A stretch of 64,000 nucleotides of DNA from Malacoraja senta (lineage: Eukaryota): the NCBI GenBank assembly GCA_038087875.1, contig JAXLNO010000259.1:124001-188000 (forward strand), in the 5' to 3' direction. The stretch's first letter is position 1. Each line of letters opens with the position of its first letter. Under the pieces are notes generated by a model. The model saw nothing but the letters and a program-made list of their open reading frames with translations, had not been told where the DNA came from and searched no databases. Made by a program: the position numbers and the translations under genes. Shown here piece after piece: positions 1 through 13,074 of the stretch.

Positions 1-800
1 CTTTCTCATTGTGTCCAAATGATTATCCTGGGTCTGAGGCCTTCCCGGTATTATCTCTTGGCAACCTTAATGGCTTTCGGAGAACATAGCTGGCCTTAAT
101 GTGCCGATCGTCCTTTGGCCATTGTCACCGCATATGTTACCAGACCAGTTGAGTTCTTGCAGCACTTTGTCTTATCGTAACGTGTTGCCGAATTAAATTT
201 TCTTGCTGACATTACTTGCAAATGTTGTCCAACTGCAAATTGTTTCCAATATTTGATCTGGTAATTACGTATTTCGGTGAGTGAACCAAGAGTCATAAGA
301 GCCACGTAGCACTGAAGCAGACAATTCGACCTAGCCGTTCCATCCAGTTAAATATACCGCATCCGAGACAATCGCATTTGTCTGCGTACGATAGATATCC
401 ATCTAAACCACTCATATCTATGTGTCTGTCCAATTTTATTTTAAATATTATCATTGTACAATTTACCCAACGCCCTTCGTCTTCGTTGTCAATCGTGTCC
501 CTACTAAATCATTCCACCCCACCTTAACACTAATTGACTTGTTTCTTATATCGCCCACCTTCTTTAACCTATAAGCTTTAGAAAGTTAGAAGGTTAATCT
601 TTAACATTCTAACCTCCATCATGGATTAATACACTACTACACGATCACCTATTCACCTCTTGCATTTAATCGCAGGAAGTTGTCATCTAATAATATTTCC
701 TATGTTTTCCATAGTTTCCCAATTGAGACTCTCCCGTGAAAAACGATTGCTCGAATGGAATTATATCTAAAAATAATATAAAATAATGAAATTGGTGACT
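1..800. repeat. Duplicated 3' flank of the defensin unit (copy 1)
   Basis: Colinear with about 15020-15720 and 30210-30905. Confidence 0.8.
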
Positions 801-801
801 A

Positions 802-3666
802 ATAACCATATAACCATATAACAATAACAGCACGGAAACAGGCCATCTCGGCCCTTCTATTCCGCGCCGAACACGTATTCTCCCCTAGTCCCATCTACCA
901 GCACTCAGACCATAACCCTCCATTCCTTTCCCGTCCATATACCTTCCCAATTTTTTTAAAATGATAAAATCGAACCTGCCTCCACCACTTCCACTGAAGC
1001 CCATTCCACACAGCTACCAATCTCTGAGTAAAGATGTTCCTCCTCATGTTACCCTTAAACTTATGTCCCTTAATTCACAAATCATGTCCACTTTTTGAAT
1101 CTTCCCTACTCTCAATGGCCTTATCCACGTTAACTCTGCCTATCCCTCTCATCATTTTAAAGACCTCTATCAATTCCCCCCTTAACCTTCTGCGCTCCAA
1201 AGTATAAAGACCTAACTTGTTCAACCTTTCTCTGTAACTTAGTTGCTGAAACACTGGCAACATTCTAGTAAATCTCCTCTGTATTCTCTCTATTGTTTTG
1301 ACATCTTTCCTATAATTTGGCGACCAAAATTGTACACCGTACTCCAGAATTGGCCTCACCAATGCCTTGTACAATTTTAACATTACATCCCAACTTCTAT
1401 ACTCAATGCTCTGATTTATAAAGGCCAGCACACCAAAAGCTTTCTTTAACGCCCTATCTTCATGAGATTTCACCTTCAGGGAACGATGCACAGTTATTCC
1501 TATATCCCTCTGTTCAACTGCATTCTTCAATTCGCTACCATTCAACATGTACGTCCTATTTCGATTGTCCTGCCAAGATGTAGCACCTCACATTTATCAG
1601 CATTAAACTCCACCTGCTATCTTTCAGCCCACTCTTCCAAACGGCCTAAATCTCTCTGTAGACTTTGAAAATCTACTTCATTATCCACAACACCACCTAT
1701 CTTAGTATCATCTGCATACTTACCAATCCAATTTACCAAACAATCTTCCAGATCATTGATGTGTATGACAAACAACATTGGACCCAACACAGACCCCTGA
1801 GGCACTCCACTAGTCAACGGCCTCCAACCTGACAAAGAGCTATCCACCATTACATTCTGGCATCTCCTATTCAGCCACTGTTGAATCCACCAGGCTATTC
1901 CACCATTAATACCCAACAATTGAACCTTCTTAACCAACCTTCCATTTGGAACCTTGTCAAAGGCCTCAGTGAAATACATATAGACAACATCCACCCCTTT
2001 ACCCTCATCAATTTCCATAGTTACCTCTTCAAAAAATTCTAGAAAATTAGTCAAACATGACCTTCCAGGCACAAATCCATGTTGACAGTTCCTAATCAGA
2101 CCCTGTTTATCCAGATGCTGATATATATATTATCTCTAAGTAACCTTTCCATTAATTTGCTCACCACTGACGTCATAATAACAGGTCTATAATTTACAGG
2201 TTTACTCTTAGAACCCTTTTTAAACAATGGAACAACATGCCAATCCTCCGGCACCATACCTGTTTGTAATGACATTTGAAATATTTCTGTCATAGCCCCT
2301 GCTATTTCTACACTAACTTCCCTTAATATCCTGTGGAATATCCTGTCAGGACATGGAGCCGTATCCACTTTTATATTTTTCAAAATTATCAGTATTCGTC
2401 TTCTTTGAATCTCCTAGTTTCTACATTGAGAGTAGGGAAGATTCAAACAAGGGGACATGACTTGAGAATTAAGGGACAGAAGTTTAGGGGGAACATTAGG
2501 GGGGACTTCTTTACTCAGAGAGTGGTAGCTGTGTGGAATGAGCTTCCAGTGGAAGAGGTGGAGGCAGGTTTGATGTTATCCTTTATAAAATAGATTGGAT
2601 TGGTATATGGACGGGAAAGGAATGGAGGGTTATGGTCTGAGTGCAGGTAGATGGGACTAGGGGGGAGTATTTATTTTTAATTAAAAAAAAAAAAATAATG
2701 TTCAGCACGGACTTGAAGGGCCGAGATGGCCTGTTTCCGTGCTGTTATGGTTATATGGTTATATGGTTATATGGTTATAGCTACTCTACTTGGTTCTTTT
2801 ACCTCACATAATTCTTCTCCTTGGTGAATACCGATGAAAATAAATTGTTCAATATCTCCCCCGTCTCTTTTGGCTATGCAGATAGCTGTCGACTCGGACT
2901 CTCTAATGGACCAATTTTATCCCTCGTTATCCTTTTGCTGTTGAAACCCTTTGGATTTACTTTCACCTTACTTGCCAAAGCAACCTTATATCTTCTTTCA
3001 GCTTTTCTAATGTCTTTCTTAAGATTATTTTTACATTTTTTATACTCCGAATACACCTCATTTATTCTACGCTGCCTATAATTATTGTAGGCATCTCTCT
3101 TTTTCCGAACCAAGTGTCCAATTTCCCTTGAAAACCATGGCTCTTTCCAATTATTACTATTTCCTTTCATCCGAACAGGGACATAAAGATTCTGTACTCT
3201 TAAAAATTTCACCTTTAAATGTTCTACATTTCTCTTCAATATCCTTCCCTTAAAACAAAATGTCCCAATTCACTCCTTTTAAATCCTTACGCATCTCCTC
3301 AAAGTTAGCCTTTCTCCAATCAAAAATCTCAACCCTTGGTCCAGTTCTGACCTTCTCCATAATTATATTGAAACTAATGATATTGTGATCACTGTACCCG
3401 ATGTGCTACCCAACACATACCTCCGCCACCTAACCTGTCTCATTTCCTAACAAGAGGCCCAGCATTGCCCCTACTCTAGTAGATACCTCTATGTATTGCT
3501 GCAAGAAACTATCCTGCACACATTTTACAAACTCCAAACCATACAGCCCTTTTCCATAATGTGTTTCCCAGTCTATGTGTGGAAAATTGAAATCTCCCAC
3601 AATCACTACCTTGTGCTTACTATAATATCTGCTATCTCCTTACATATTTTCTCTTCCAATTCTCGC
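802..3666 (-). mobile_element. CR1 LINE, 5'-truncated and decayed (EN/RT fragments)
   Basis: (ATAACCAT)n tail at 802-830; ORF fragments containing GVPQGSVLGP and YADDTK. Confidence 0.9.
2424..2779 (+). mobile_element. Short CR1 3' end nested in the opposite orientation within a CR1
   Basis: RT C-terminus (TRGHDLRIKG...WNELP), 3' UTR and (TATATGGT)n tail. Confidence 0.85.
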
Positions 3667-3781
3667 GTTGTAATGCAACCACGTTTATTAATTGGTACAG
3701 TTCTTCATCGAATTGCATTCCATGGACAATAATAGTGAGCTGAAGACTGGGTTGATGTTCGTTTGGAACATTCCATGATTC

Positions 3782-3894
3782 CTACCGTGGCTTGCAGCAC
3801 TTGAAATCGTGAGTACACCGCAGACGCAACGCCACCTCCTGCGGGTAAATACACATAGGTCTGCAATGTCCTCCTCTGCGTTTGTATCTTGTCG
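3782..3894 (-). CDS. Beta-defensin-like gene copy 1, mature-peptide exon (x-TRYKRRGGHCRPMCIYPQEVALRLRCTHDFKCCKPR*); Cys1 replaced by Tyr
   Basis: Acceptor ttttttccccataattag, then a 113-nt phase-1 exon ending in TAG. Five Cys sit in register with the paralogs; TAC replaces TGC at Cys1. AATAAA at 3689-3684. Confidence 0.85.
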
Positions 3895-4213
3895 CTAATT
3901 ATGGGGAAAAAATCAAAGATCCAACGAAAATAAGGAGAAACTATAAAACACTATTCCCTGTTTTGATGTAACATGCTTTGTGCCGAATTATTGCACTTGT
4001 TCCATGTGACCATCTGCAATTCACTGCATTCCATACAACGATCTGTTTCCGCATTCACACATCATTCACATACAATTAAGAGGGAAATCTGATAAAAATG
4101 TATAATGGATATCACGAACTCCCACTTGTGCACTGCATTTTGCCGAAGGCAGACAGGATTGGGAACGAACGTTTTTTTCCGCAATAACTGTCCAATGCCT
4201 ACGAAATGCCTTT

Positions 4214-4330
4214 GATAGACACGAAATGCAGGAGTAACTCAGTCTGAAGAAGGGTCTCAACCAGAAACTTCACCCGTTTATTATCTCCACAGATGCGACC
4301 TGTCCCGCTGAGTATTTAGTGTCCATCTCC
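4214..4330. mobile_element. Penelope pLTR-derived fragment in the defensin intron
   Basis: ctgaagaagggtctc...gaaac motif with inverted ends; homologs at about 16215-16330 and 31447-31562. Confidence 0.55.
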
Positions 4331-4524
4331 ACTTTGGTCAGATACTGGGGACCAAACGTTCGTTCCCAATCCTGACTGCCTCACACGAAGTGCACAAGGT
4401 TAATTCGTGATATCAAGTATAACCTTCCATCAATCCCTCTTAATTGTAGTAAAATAATGTGCGAATGAGTAAACAGATTGGTGTATGGAATGGAGTGGAT
4501 TCACCATGATATCTCACTGTTCTT

Positions 4525-4655
4525 CTGTCTGAAGAAGGGTCTCGCCCAGAAACGTCACTCAATTCTTCTCTTCAGAGCTGCGGCTTGTCCCGCTGAGTTA
4601 CTTTAGCATTTTTGTCTGTCTTCTGTATAACACACATCTACAGTTACTTCCTACA
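4525..4655 (+). mobile_element. Penelope pLTR-derived fragment with a hammerhead-like core
   Basis: CTGAAGA-AGGG..CCCA-GAAACGTC; similar to the end of the Penelope element at 55625-55721. Confidence 0.6.
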
Positions 4656-4734
4656 CATCCTGTTGAAAGTGGGGCCTATTAGAGAACCAGTAAGAATTGT
4701 CAGTTCGACGCATTACTCCATTACAGGAGCTTAC

Positions 4735-4766
4735 CTCTCGGTGTCTTCTCGGTCACGTTATAGACT
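4735..4766 (-). other. Candidate short internal (propiece) exon of copy 1
   Basis: ttgttttag[ag]TCTATAACGTGACCGAGAAGACACCGAGAG|gtaagc. The 30-nt form (4764-4735) keeps frame (xYNVTEKTPR); the 32-nt form hits TGA. The donor reads ggaagc in copies 2 and 3. Confidence 0.3.
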
Positions 4767-4969
4767 CTAAAACAATATATACTCAATATAATACGGAATC
4801 GACACTTATCTACTAATATCAGCATCCATTCTAACAATCTCAACCAGCACCACTCAAGCATTGGATTTAATGGACAGACCGTAGACGAGTACATGTGTAT
4901 ATCAAATGTCTGGTACCGCTAGTATCGTTGGATTAGTAAATAAACACATGCTAGTATGCAGCAACGTAC

Positions 4970-5030
4970 GGTTAGACACAGCGTAACACGGTAACATTAT
5001 TCCAAATATAAATAGAAGTGCTTTTCTCAT
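4970..5030 (-). CDS. Beta-defensin-like copy 1, exon 1 (signal peptide MRKALLFIFGIMLPCYAVSN), candidate phase-1 donor C|gtacgt
   Basis: ATG at 5030, basic N-terminus and hydrophobic core. Homologous to 38078 and 60921, with a net 21-nt in-frame deletion relative to copy 3. The donor choice is inferred. Confidence 0.7.
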
Positions 5031-5445
5031 ATTTTGCGTTTTCCCTTGCTCAAGGTCAAGGTGCAGATGGAGAATATTGTAAATCATATTGAATGAATTG
5101 CTGCATTTATACTGAGCATGACCTGGCTGTGTTTTGACACTCATGGTTTGTTCATGGTGCGGGTGAGGCGGGGACATTGTAATTGTCTGAACCGGGAGGC
5201 GTCCTCAAGTCTGAACATTCCGCATTGGTTCTGTTGCCGGCAAGAATTACGTGTCGCAGACAAGTGATTTAACAATAATTGTCTGCGTTTAGGCTCCAAT
5301 CCCGGATTGAGACGGCAAACTGACGTGTGAGATCTCGCGAGCCAATAATTCAGACACGTGTTCTTCCACACGGCAATCTTGTCCGTGTGATTCTTGCACT
5401 GAGTTCATCGCTGTTGCTCCATATCAGACAATGCCCGCGCCATAG
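5031..5445 (-). promoter_or_regulatory. Promoter/5' region of defensin-like copy 1
   Basis: TATAAAT at 5111-5105, CCAAT at 5228-5224 and a TGACG half-site. About 400 bp aligns with 38079-38495 and, inverted, with 60585-60920. Confidence 0.65.
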
Positions 5446-5449
5446 TGTC

Positions 5450-6550
5450 ATTAGTTCATAAGGATTTGGAGTGGAATTAGCTATTTCGGACCATTAAGTC
5501 TACTACTCAATTCAATCATGGCTGATCAATCTCCCTCCTAACCCATTCTCATGCCTTCTCCCATAACCTCTCAAACCTGTACTAATCAAGAATGTATCTA
5601 TCTGTGTCTTAAAATAATCCACTGCCTAGGCCACTATAGTGTTATGTGGCAAAAATGTCCACAGATTCACAACCTTCTGACTAAATACATTTCTCCTCAT
5701 CGACCTAAAATAATGTCCTTTAACTCTGAGACTATCACCTCTAGTTCTAGACCCTCCCGCTAATGGAAACCTGCTCTCCACAGCCACTCCATGCAAACCT
5801 TTCACTATTCTGTTGATTCAATGAGGCCCCCTCTAATTCTTCTAATCTCTAGCGAGTACAGGCCCAGTGCCGACAAGCGCTCATCTCAGATTAACCTAAC
5901 AATTCCTGGGAACATTCTTGTAAATCTCATCTGGACCTTCTCCTGTCAGCAGGTCCTTCCTCAGATATGGTGCACAAATCTACTCACAATATTCCAAAAC
6001 CGTTCTTAACAGCGCATTTTGAGCCTCAACAATACATTCTTGTGTTTGTATTCATGCCCCCTTGAAATAAATGCCAGCATTCAGTTTGCTTTCTTTACTA
6101 CAGATTCGCCTTGCAAATTAACGTTTTGGCTATCCTGCACAAGCAAAACAAACTCCTTTTGCACCTCCGATTTCGGGATTCTCGTCCCGTGTAGAAAATA
6201 GTCTACGCCTTTATTGATACTACCAAAAGGCATGACTCCACACTTTGCTGCACTATATTCCATCGGCCACTTCTCTGCCCACTGTCTCCCAAACTGTCGG
6301 AGTCCTTCTGCAATGTTCCAGCTTTCTCTGCACTACCTGCCACTCCACCTATTTTCATCCGCAAACTTTGCAACAAAGACTTCAATGCATTCCTCCAAAT
6401 CATAAATATTAATGTGAAGAGTAGCGGCCCAAGCTCCGACCGTTGTGGAACACCACCAATCCCTGACAGCCAACCAGAAAACCACCCTTTATAGCCATGT
6501 TTTGTATTCTGCCACATAGCCAACCTGCTATACATGCTAGTGTAGATATC
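5450..6550 (-). mobile_element. Older decayed CR1 (RT 3' part)
   Basis: GVPQRSELGPLLF and KCGVMPFG motifs; degenerate CR1 3' UTR. Confidence 0.8.
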
Positions 6551-6557
6551 CAAGCAT

Positions 6558-8080
6558 TGTCAACAAAACAATGTTTTATTAAGAAGTATATATTTGGCTC
6601 ACGCGCGTTTAGTAAAGACTAGAGCAAAGTTCCTGCTGTTGTTTTCGGGCACACCAGTCTCTGAATCAACTCCCGCCAAAAACGTGTCACGTGATAGTCT
6701 CAACTCTCCTGCCGAGGGTTCTAGTAATAAGTGGTTTGAACACCAGGTCTCGCCACATGACCCCCCCCCCCATACACCCCGGACCCAGACGAATGAAAAC
6801 TAGCCGGCACATGAGTAAGGCCACCCGCTCTCGTGTATCCAGTTCCCGTGCTCGAGGTCACAACCAACAAAGAAGAGGGAGGGTGCGGTCGAGACCGGGG
6901 GTCTGTGTCACCTGCACTGGCTGACCAATGTCCATACGAGCTGGCTTAAGACGAGCCACTGAAACAGTCTCATGCATGTCGCCCATGTCAAGCACAATAC
7001 TCGAGGTGCCGTGCTGTAGCACCCGGGTAGGACCATCATAAGGCCTTTGCGGCGACCGTTGCGATTCACGACGCAGGAACACATACTGGCAGTCTTTGAG
7101 GGCCGATGGGACGTGCGAGGGAGTAAAACCGTGGCGGGACGTCAGAACAGGAGAGAGCGTGACCACCTTCTACCGGAGACGTACCAGCATGGCAGAGGGC
7201 GGGCCCTGCTGCCCAACTGCCGCCGGAATTATATCCTCCAGAATCGTAAACGGGGCGCCGTACAACTGCTCAGTGCAGGAATGAGCCAGGTCCTCTTTCG
7301 GGACAGTGCGAATCCCCAACCGGTCCCACGGCAACTCGTCCGACCAGTCCGGGGTCATGAGCCGTGCCTTCAATGAGGACTTCAGCTGGCAGTTGCAACG
7401 CTCCACCAAGCCGTTGGATTGCAGGCGATAGGCCGTAACGTGATGCAGCTGAGCGCCCAGCAGCCGTGCCGTGGCAGACCACAACGCAGAGGTGAACTGC
7501 GCACCCCGAACAGAAGAGATTTCCATCGGCACACCAAAGCGGGCGATCCAGTGGGCAACGAGGGCACGTGCACACGTTGCTGCGGAGCTATCGACGGGCG
7601 GAACGGCCTCCGTCCATCTCGTGAAACGGTCCACATTAGTGTGAAGGTGGCTGATACTTCTGGACGGTGGTAGCGATCCCACGACATCGGGACGTACATG
7701 GTGGAAATGCCGGTGAGGCACGGCAAAATCCTGCAAGGGCGCTTTGACTTGTCGCTTAACCTTGGACGTCTGACAGGGAATACACGCCCTGGCTTAGATG
7801 CCGACCTGCTTGCGCAACCCGTGCCACAAATATTCGGCCTCCACCAGCGCCGTCGTAGCCCGGATGGAAGTGTGAGCCAAACCATGAATCAGATCAAATA
7901 TTCGACGACGCCAAACAGCGGGGATGATAGGTCTCGGCTGACCGATGGTCACATCGCAAATAACATTGGTGCCATCGCGACCGCACTGTACTTGTTAGAT
8001 GATGTGGAACACGCCTGAAATGGCGGTGCGTAGACGAGCAGCTCCTCATCCGCATGCTGTTCCTACCCAGGATTATTGAT
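6558..8080 (-). mobile_element. Gypsy/Ty3 LTR retrotransposon remnant: integrase, PPT and 3' LTR
   Basis: Integrase core (VDRFTRWTEA...WIARFGVP...QSNGLVER) and GPY/F-like region. G-run PPT at 6761-6771; LTR TGTGGCG...TGACA at 6757-6558. Confidence 0.85.
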
Positions 8081-8216
8081 AACAGCACTCCACCATCTCA
8101 CAGTCAGACTTGATGCTGACAACGGAGACGATAGCATGTAATATTTCCGCAGCTTGTGTTACAATAAAGACTATGAGTTGTTACTCCTGTGTTTGGGTCT
8201 CATTACACAACAGATT

Positions 8217-11200
8217 GTCTAAAAAAAACTTTCTTGGGGACCAGAACCAACCTGATGTTCCCAGGCTATCTTCATATTGAAATCTACCAAAACCACAGTG
8301 GCATTACATGTCAATTGTAACTTCAGCTGCAACTTGTACCCTATATCTAGGATACTCTTTCTGGGCGTGTAGGTAACCATTAGTGTCTTCTTGCCTTTAC
8401 AATTCATCAATTATATCCTAAGCGAATCTATATCGCCAGTCCCTATGTCACCCCTCGTAAGCGACTGAAGTTCTTCCCTCACCAACAGAGCTATCATCCT
8501 CCTATGCCCACCTGCCTGTCCTTTCTATAGCACGGATAACCCTGAATATTCAGTTACTGGTTCCGACCCTCCTGTAGCCATGTCTCTCAAATCCCCACAA
8601 TTTCATATCTACCAAACTCAAACTGAACCTCAAGTTCATCCATTTTACATCTTATCCTTCGCGCTTTGGTAAATAATACTTTTAATCCATGGCTCACCTT
8701 ACCTTTCACATCAATTCCTATTTCACTTAGCTATACTCTCATATCCCTTCGTGAGCTTTCTGTCTCGTTAATTATGGTGCCTTTCTTAACGTGTCCAACA
8801 CTCTCTTTCCCTTTTTTTATTTTATGTTTTTATTTATTTTTTAGAAGTAAGTACAATAATGTGGTACCAAAATACTTAATACTTATTGACATATTACATT
8901 TCATATACAACTTCATATTTTTAAGTTAATAATGAAGCAAAAATAAGAAATGAAAGATTACAAAAGGACAGATTGAGATGAAGTGTTGCGTGAGATAGCA
9001 AAATAGCCCTAGAAAAAAAATGAGGAGAAAAAAAGAAGAGAAGAACTAAAGAAAAAAGAAACAAAAGAGAAGAGGAAAGGAGATTGAAAGCGATATATCT
9101 ATTTTATAATCCTACCCCCGTCACCTGTTTCTGAACCATTATATTTATATGATTGTGTTGCACCATATGCTTGAAGAAAGTCGATAAAGGGAGACCATAT
9201 CAATAAGGTCTACCTTACCTACTAGAAGTAGTATTATTTCTTCAAGATATGCCGTTTCTGACATATTTGAAATCCACATTTTCACCGTTAGTGTTGGCGA
9301 AATTTTCCAAAATTTAAATATGACTTTTTTTGCAATTATTAAACCGTAATTAAGTAAAATTGTTGATACGTATTTAGCGTATTCCCATCTTACATTGATC
9401 CAAAGATAATCAATTCTGAATTCGATTCCAGTCTTCTATTAAATAATTTTGTAAAAATTTCAAAAATGTCATTCCAGAATTTATGAAGTTTTATTCAGGA
9501 GACAAAAGAGTGTGTTATAGTGGCATTCTCAGCTAAGCATTTATCACATATTGGTGATATATTTGGATACAATTTATTCAATCTAGTTTTCGAGTAATAT
9601 AGTCTATGTAAAATTTTAAATTTGATTAAATTATGTTTTACATTAATCGAACATTTATGTATATATATCAGGTATTTTCCCATGCTTCTTTCGCAATTTT
9701 TACCTGTAATTCTTGGTCCCAATCTACTCTAATTGCCTCTGTCGATGGAGGTTCTATATTTTAAATATTATTATATAAGTATGATATTAAATTGCTTGAA
9801 TCTGCTTTAATATTCATCGCTTCTAGTGAATCTAAAGTTATATTTTGATATCCTTGTTTGTGTTGTTTCAAATAATCTCTGATTTGAAGGTATTTAAAGT
9901 ATTGATTATTTTTCAAGTTGTATTTTAATTGTAGTTGTTGAAATGATAAAAAAGATTCCCATTTCATACAAATCTCCAAAGCTTTTAATTTCTAATCTTT
10001 CCCAAAAGGTATACGCTTTATCAATAAGAGTTGGCTTCAATGAGGGTTTATTTACTATTGGAGTTAAAAGCGATAAATGTCTTACTTTCAAAGTTAGTTT
10101 TATTTGTTTAAAAATTCGAATTGTGTTGTGAATAATTTGGTTCTTCTTACATATTGTATTGTTTAATTTTATCGGGGAAAAGAGGATCGCTCCTATATTA
10201 AAAGGAGAACAAACCTCTTTTTCCATTCTTATCCATTCTACCTGTTGGGCAGAGCTGTCCAACCAATTAATTATGTTTTTAATATGTACTGCCCAGTAGT
10301 AGTATAAAAAGTTTGGGAGTGTCAATCCCCCAAATTCTTTAGGTTGACACAGATGTTTCCTTTGGATTCTATGCCCTCTATAGTCCCATATGAAGTTTGT
10401 AATACTAGAATCTAAGTTTTTTTAAGACGTTTTTTGGTAAGTATATTGTAATAGATTGAAATAGGTATACTATTTGTGGTCAAAAAATCATTTTTATACC
10501 ATTTATTCTACCTATTAAAGACATCGGCATGGTTTTCCAGAATTTAATCTAGTTTAGTTAGTAAAGGCATAAAATTTGCATTAAATAATGATTTATATTT
10601 TCTAGTAATTTGGATAGCCAAATACTTAAATGTTTCTGTTGCAATTTTAAAGGGAAATTTTAACAGATGTGTCGAGCCTTGTGGTTTTAACGTCATAGTT
10701 TCACTTTCCTTCCAATGTATTCTATATCCTGAAAAGGAGCCAAATTCCTTTATTCAATTTAGTATGTTTGGTATATTAATTTGCGAATTTGTGATGTATA
10801 ATAATACGTCGTCTGCGTACAGTGAGATTTTATTATTTGAATCTTTGGTATTATATCCCCGAATATTCGAATGGCTTCTTATACTTTCTGCTAATGGCTC
10901 TATCACAAGTGCTAATAGTAGGGTTGATAGTGCACACCCCTGTCTATTGCCCCATGTTAAATGGCATTTTAAAGATAACATATTATAAGTCAGTATTCTA
11001 GCTGTCGGCTTATCATATAATAATTTAACCCATGAAACGAAATTCACTCCCATGTTAAATGTTTGCAATATTTTATAAATATATGGCCATTCTACTTGAT
11101 CAAATGCTTTTTCTGCATCCAATGAAATAATTCATACATGTTCTTCTTCAGTTTTTAGTGAGTACATTATATTAAACAAGCGTCTTAGATTATTGGCTGA

Positions 11201-13070
11201 GTATCTTTTATGTATAAACCCCGTTTGATCCGGGTTTATTAATTTGTTAACGTATTTACTCATTCTCGCTAAGGACTTTGCTAGTATTTTCTGATCTGTA
11301 TTTAAGAGTGCTATAGCTCTGTATGAGCCAGGTTCTTCTAGTTCTTTATCTTTTTTTGGTATGAGTATAATGGTTGAGTCAGCCAGTGTTTCTGGTAATG
11401 TGTTTTCCTTAAAGGCATGAGTATATAATGTTTGTAGTTGGGGAGAAAATAGCTAATGGAATCTTTTGTAAAATTCGTTGCTAAAACCATCTGGTCCTGG
11501 AGTGTTTCCGTTTTTCAACGAGTTTATTGTTTCTTCTATTTCTTTAAGTGTAATCTGAGCTCCAACAATGTAAGTTTAGGAAGGTTGCAGTTATCTAAGA
11601 CATTTATAATTTTAATGTTATCTGCTGTAGTTTTAGATGTATATAAGTTTTGATAAAATTGGGCAAATGTTTTATTAATATTTGTTGGTAATGTTAGTAA
11701 TTCACCCTTATCTGATTTAATTTGTGTAGTTGTATTTTCCATTTCGCGTTTTTTCAGCTGACGTGCTAAATGTTTCAGTGGTTTATCGCCAAATTCAAAC
11801 TGCGCCTGTTTTGTAATTTGAAATAATCTTATTATTCTTGCCGATGAAATTGTATTTAATTTAAATTTCAATAAGGTTATCTTATTGTGTTTATCTGTGA
11901 TTGGATCCTTGGCATTATCTAGGTCTATTTGTCTGATTTCTTGTTCTAACAGCCGTTGTTCTGTTTTATTCTTTTTTTATTTTGGAAGGCTTGATATGAA
12001 ATTATAACTCCTCTCATGAATGCTTTAAAAGTTTCCCATAATAACGAAGGTGAAATACCTGTTGTATCATTGGTCTCAAAAAAGAGGTTCATGTGTTGTT
12101 TTAAATATGTACTACCCTGTGGGTTATTTAGAATTTGTGGATTAACCCTCCAGAATGCTTTTCTATCCGTCAATACTCATATTTTTAATGAAAAAGTTAA
12201 CAGAGAGTAATCAGAAATACTGCAATTATGATATTTAGGGCTAATTGTATACGGGATTAATTTCGTCTCTACTAAAAAGTAGTCAAATTGGTGAATAAGT
12301 TCTATGTACCGTCGAATTAAATGAGTATTCCCTCCCAACTGGATTGCCTATTCTCCATACGTCTGTTATATTTCTATGTTTTATATATGTATTCAGGAGT
12401 TCACTCGTTTTAGATTTTATATTACTCCTATTATGTTTTGCAGATTTATCCAAATATGGATCTAAGACACAGTTGAAATCCCCCCCTATTATCAAATTTT
12501 GATAATTAAACTGAAATCATATCCAGAATCTTCTTAAAGAATTGAGGGTTATCAACATTAGGCGCATAAATATTTATCATAATAATTGGAGTTCAGTGAA
12601 TTTCTCCCGTAACTATAACATACCTTCCCTCCTTATCTAATATGATGTTTATGCATTTAAATGGTATACCTTTACGAATGATAATAGCCGTCCCTATCTT
12701 TCCCTTTAACTGCATCCTTGTATTTCCAATTGGTCTCCCACCCCCAGTATTTAGTTTAAACCACTCCTGTAGCAGTGGCAAAACTGCCTGCAGAATGTTG
12801 GTCTCCCCCCTCTTAACGTGCAACCCGTCCCTTTTGTACAATTCACCCTTATCCCTAACCAGCTCGAAGATCTAAGATCCGAATCGCTGTCCCATGCACC
12901 AGCTCCTCAGCCACACATTCAGATCTCCTATCTCTCTCTTTTGCCCTCACCAGCACGTAACTGGTAGCAAACCGGAGATAACCACACCGAGCTCTTTATA
13001 GGCATACTGCACAATCTCTTTCCTCTTCTTCCCGCCGTCATTTGTGCCGACATGCCACTTCGCATGCACG
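8217..13070 (-). mobile_element. Decayed CR1 (ORF1 esterase/EN part) hosting an L1 insertion
   Basis: VDFNMKIAWEHQVGSGPQE (endonuclease) and YKRDGLH (SGNH ORF1) fragments flank the L1. Confidence 0.75.
8815..12696 (-). mobile_element. L1-clade LINE, 5'-truncated ORF2 (EN, RT, Cys-rich C-terminus), frameshifted
   Basis: IIGGDFN, DAEKAFD, RQGCALS, LYADD and CDKC motifs; A-rich tail; TSD TCTTTCCCTTT at 8804-8814 and 12697-12707. Confidence 0.9.
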
Positions 13071-13074
13071 ACGA

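Noticed and set aside
96..305. ORF containing TKCCKN as another defensin exon
   Set aside because: It lacks the other cysteines in register and lies in repeat-like 3' flank.
4902..5177. 91-aa ORF as a single-exon gene
   Set aside because: Only the internal MRKALLFIFGIML part is conserved with the paralogs; the rest reads through promoter and intron.
8090..8215. 5' LTR of the Gypsy remnant
   Set aside because: It does not match the 6558-6757 LTR and its AATAAA...ACA points the opposite way; origin unresolved.
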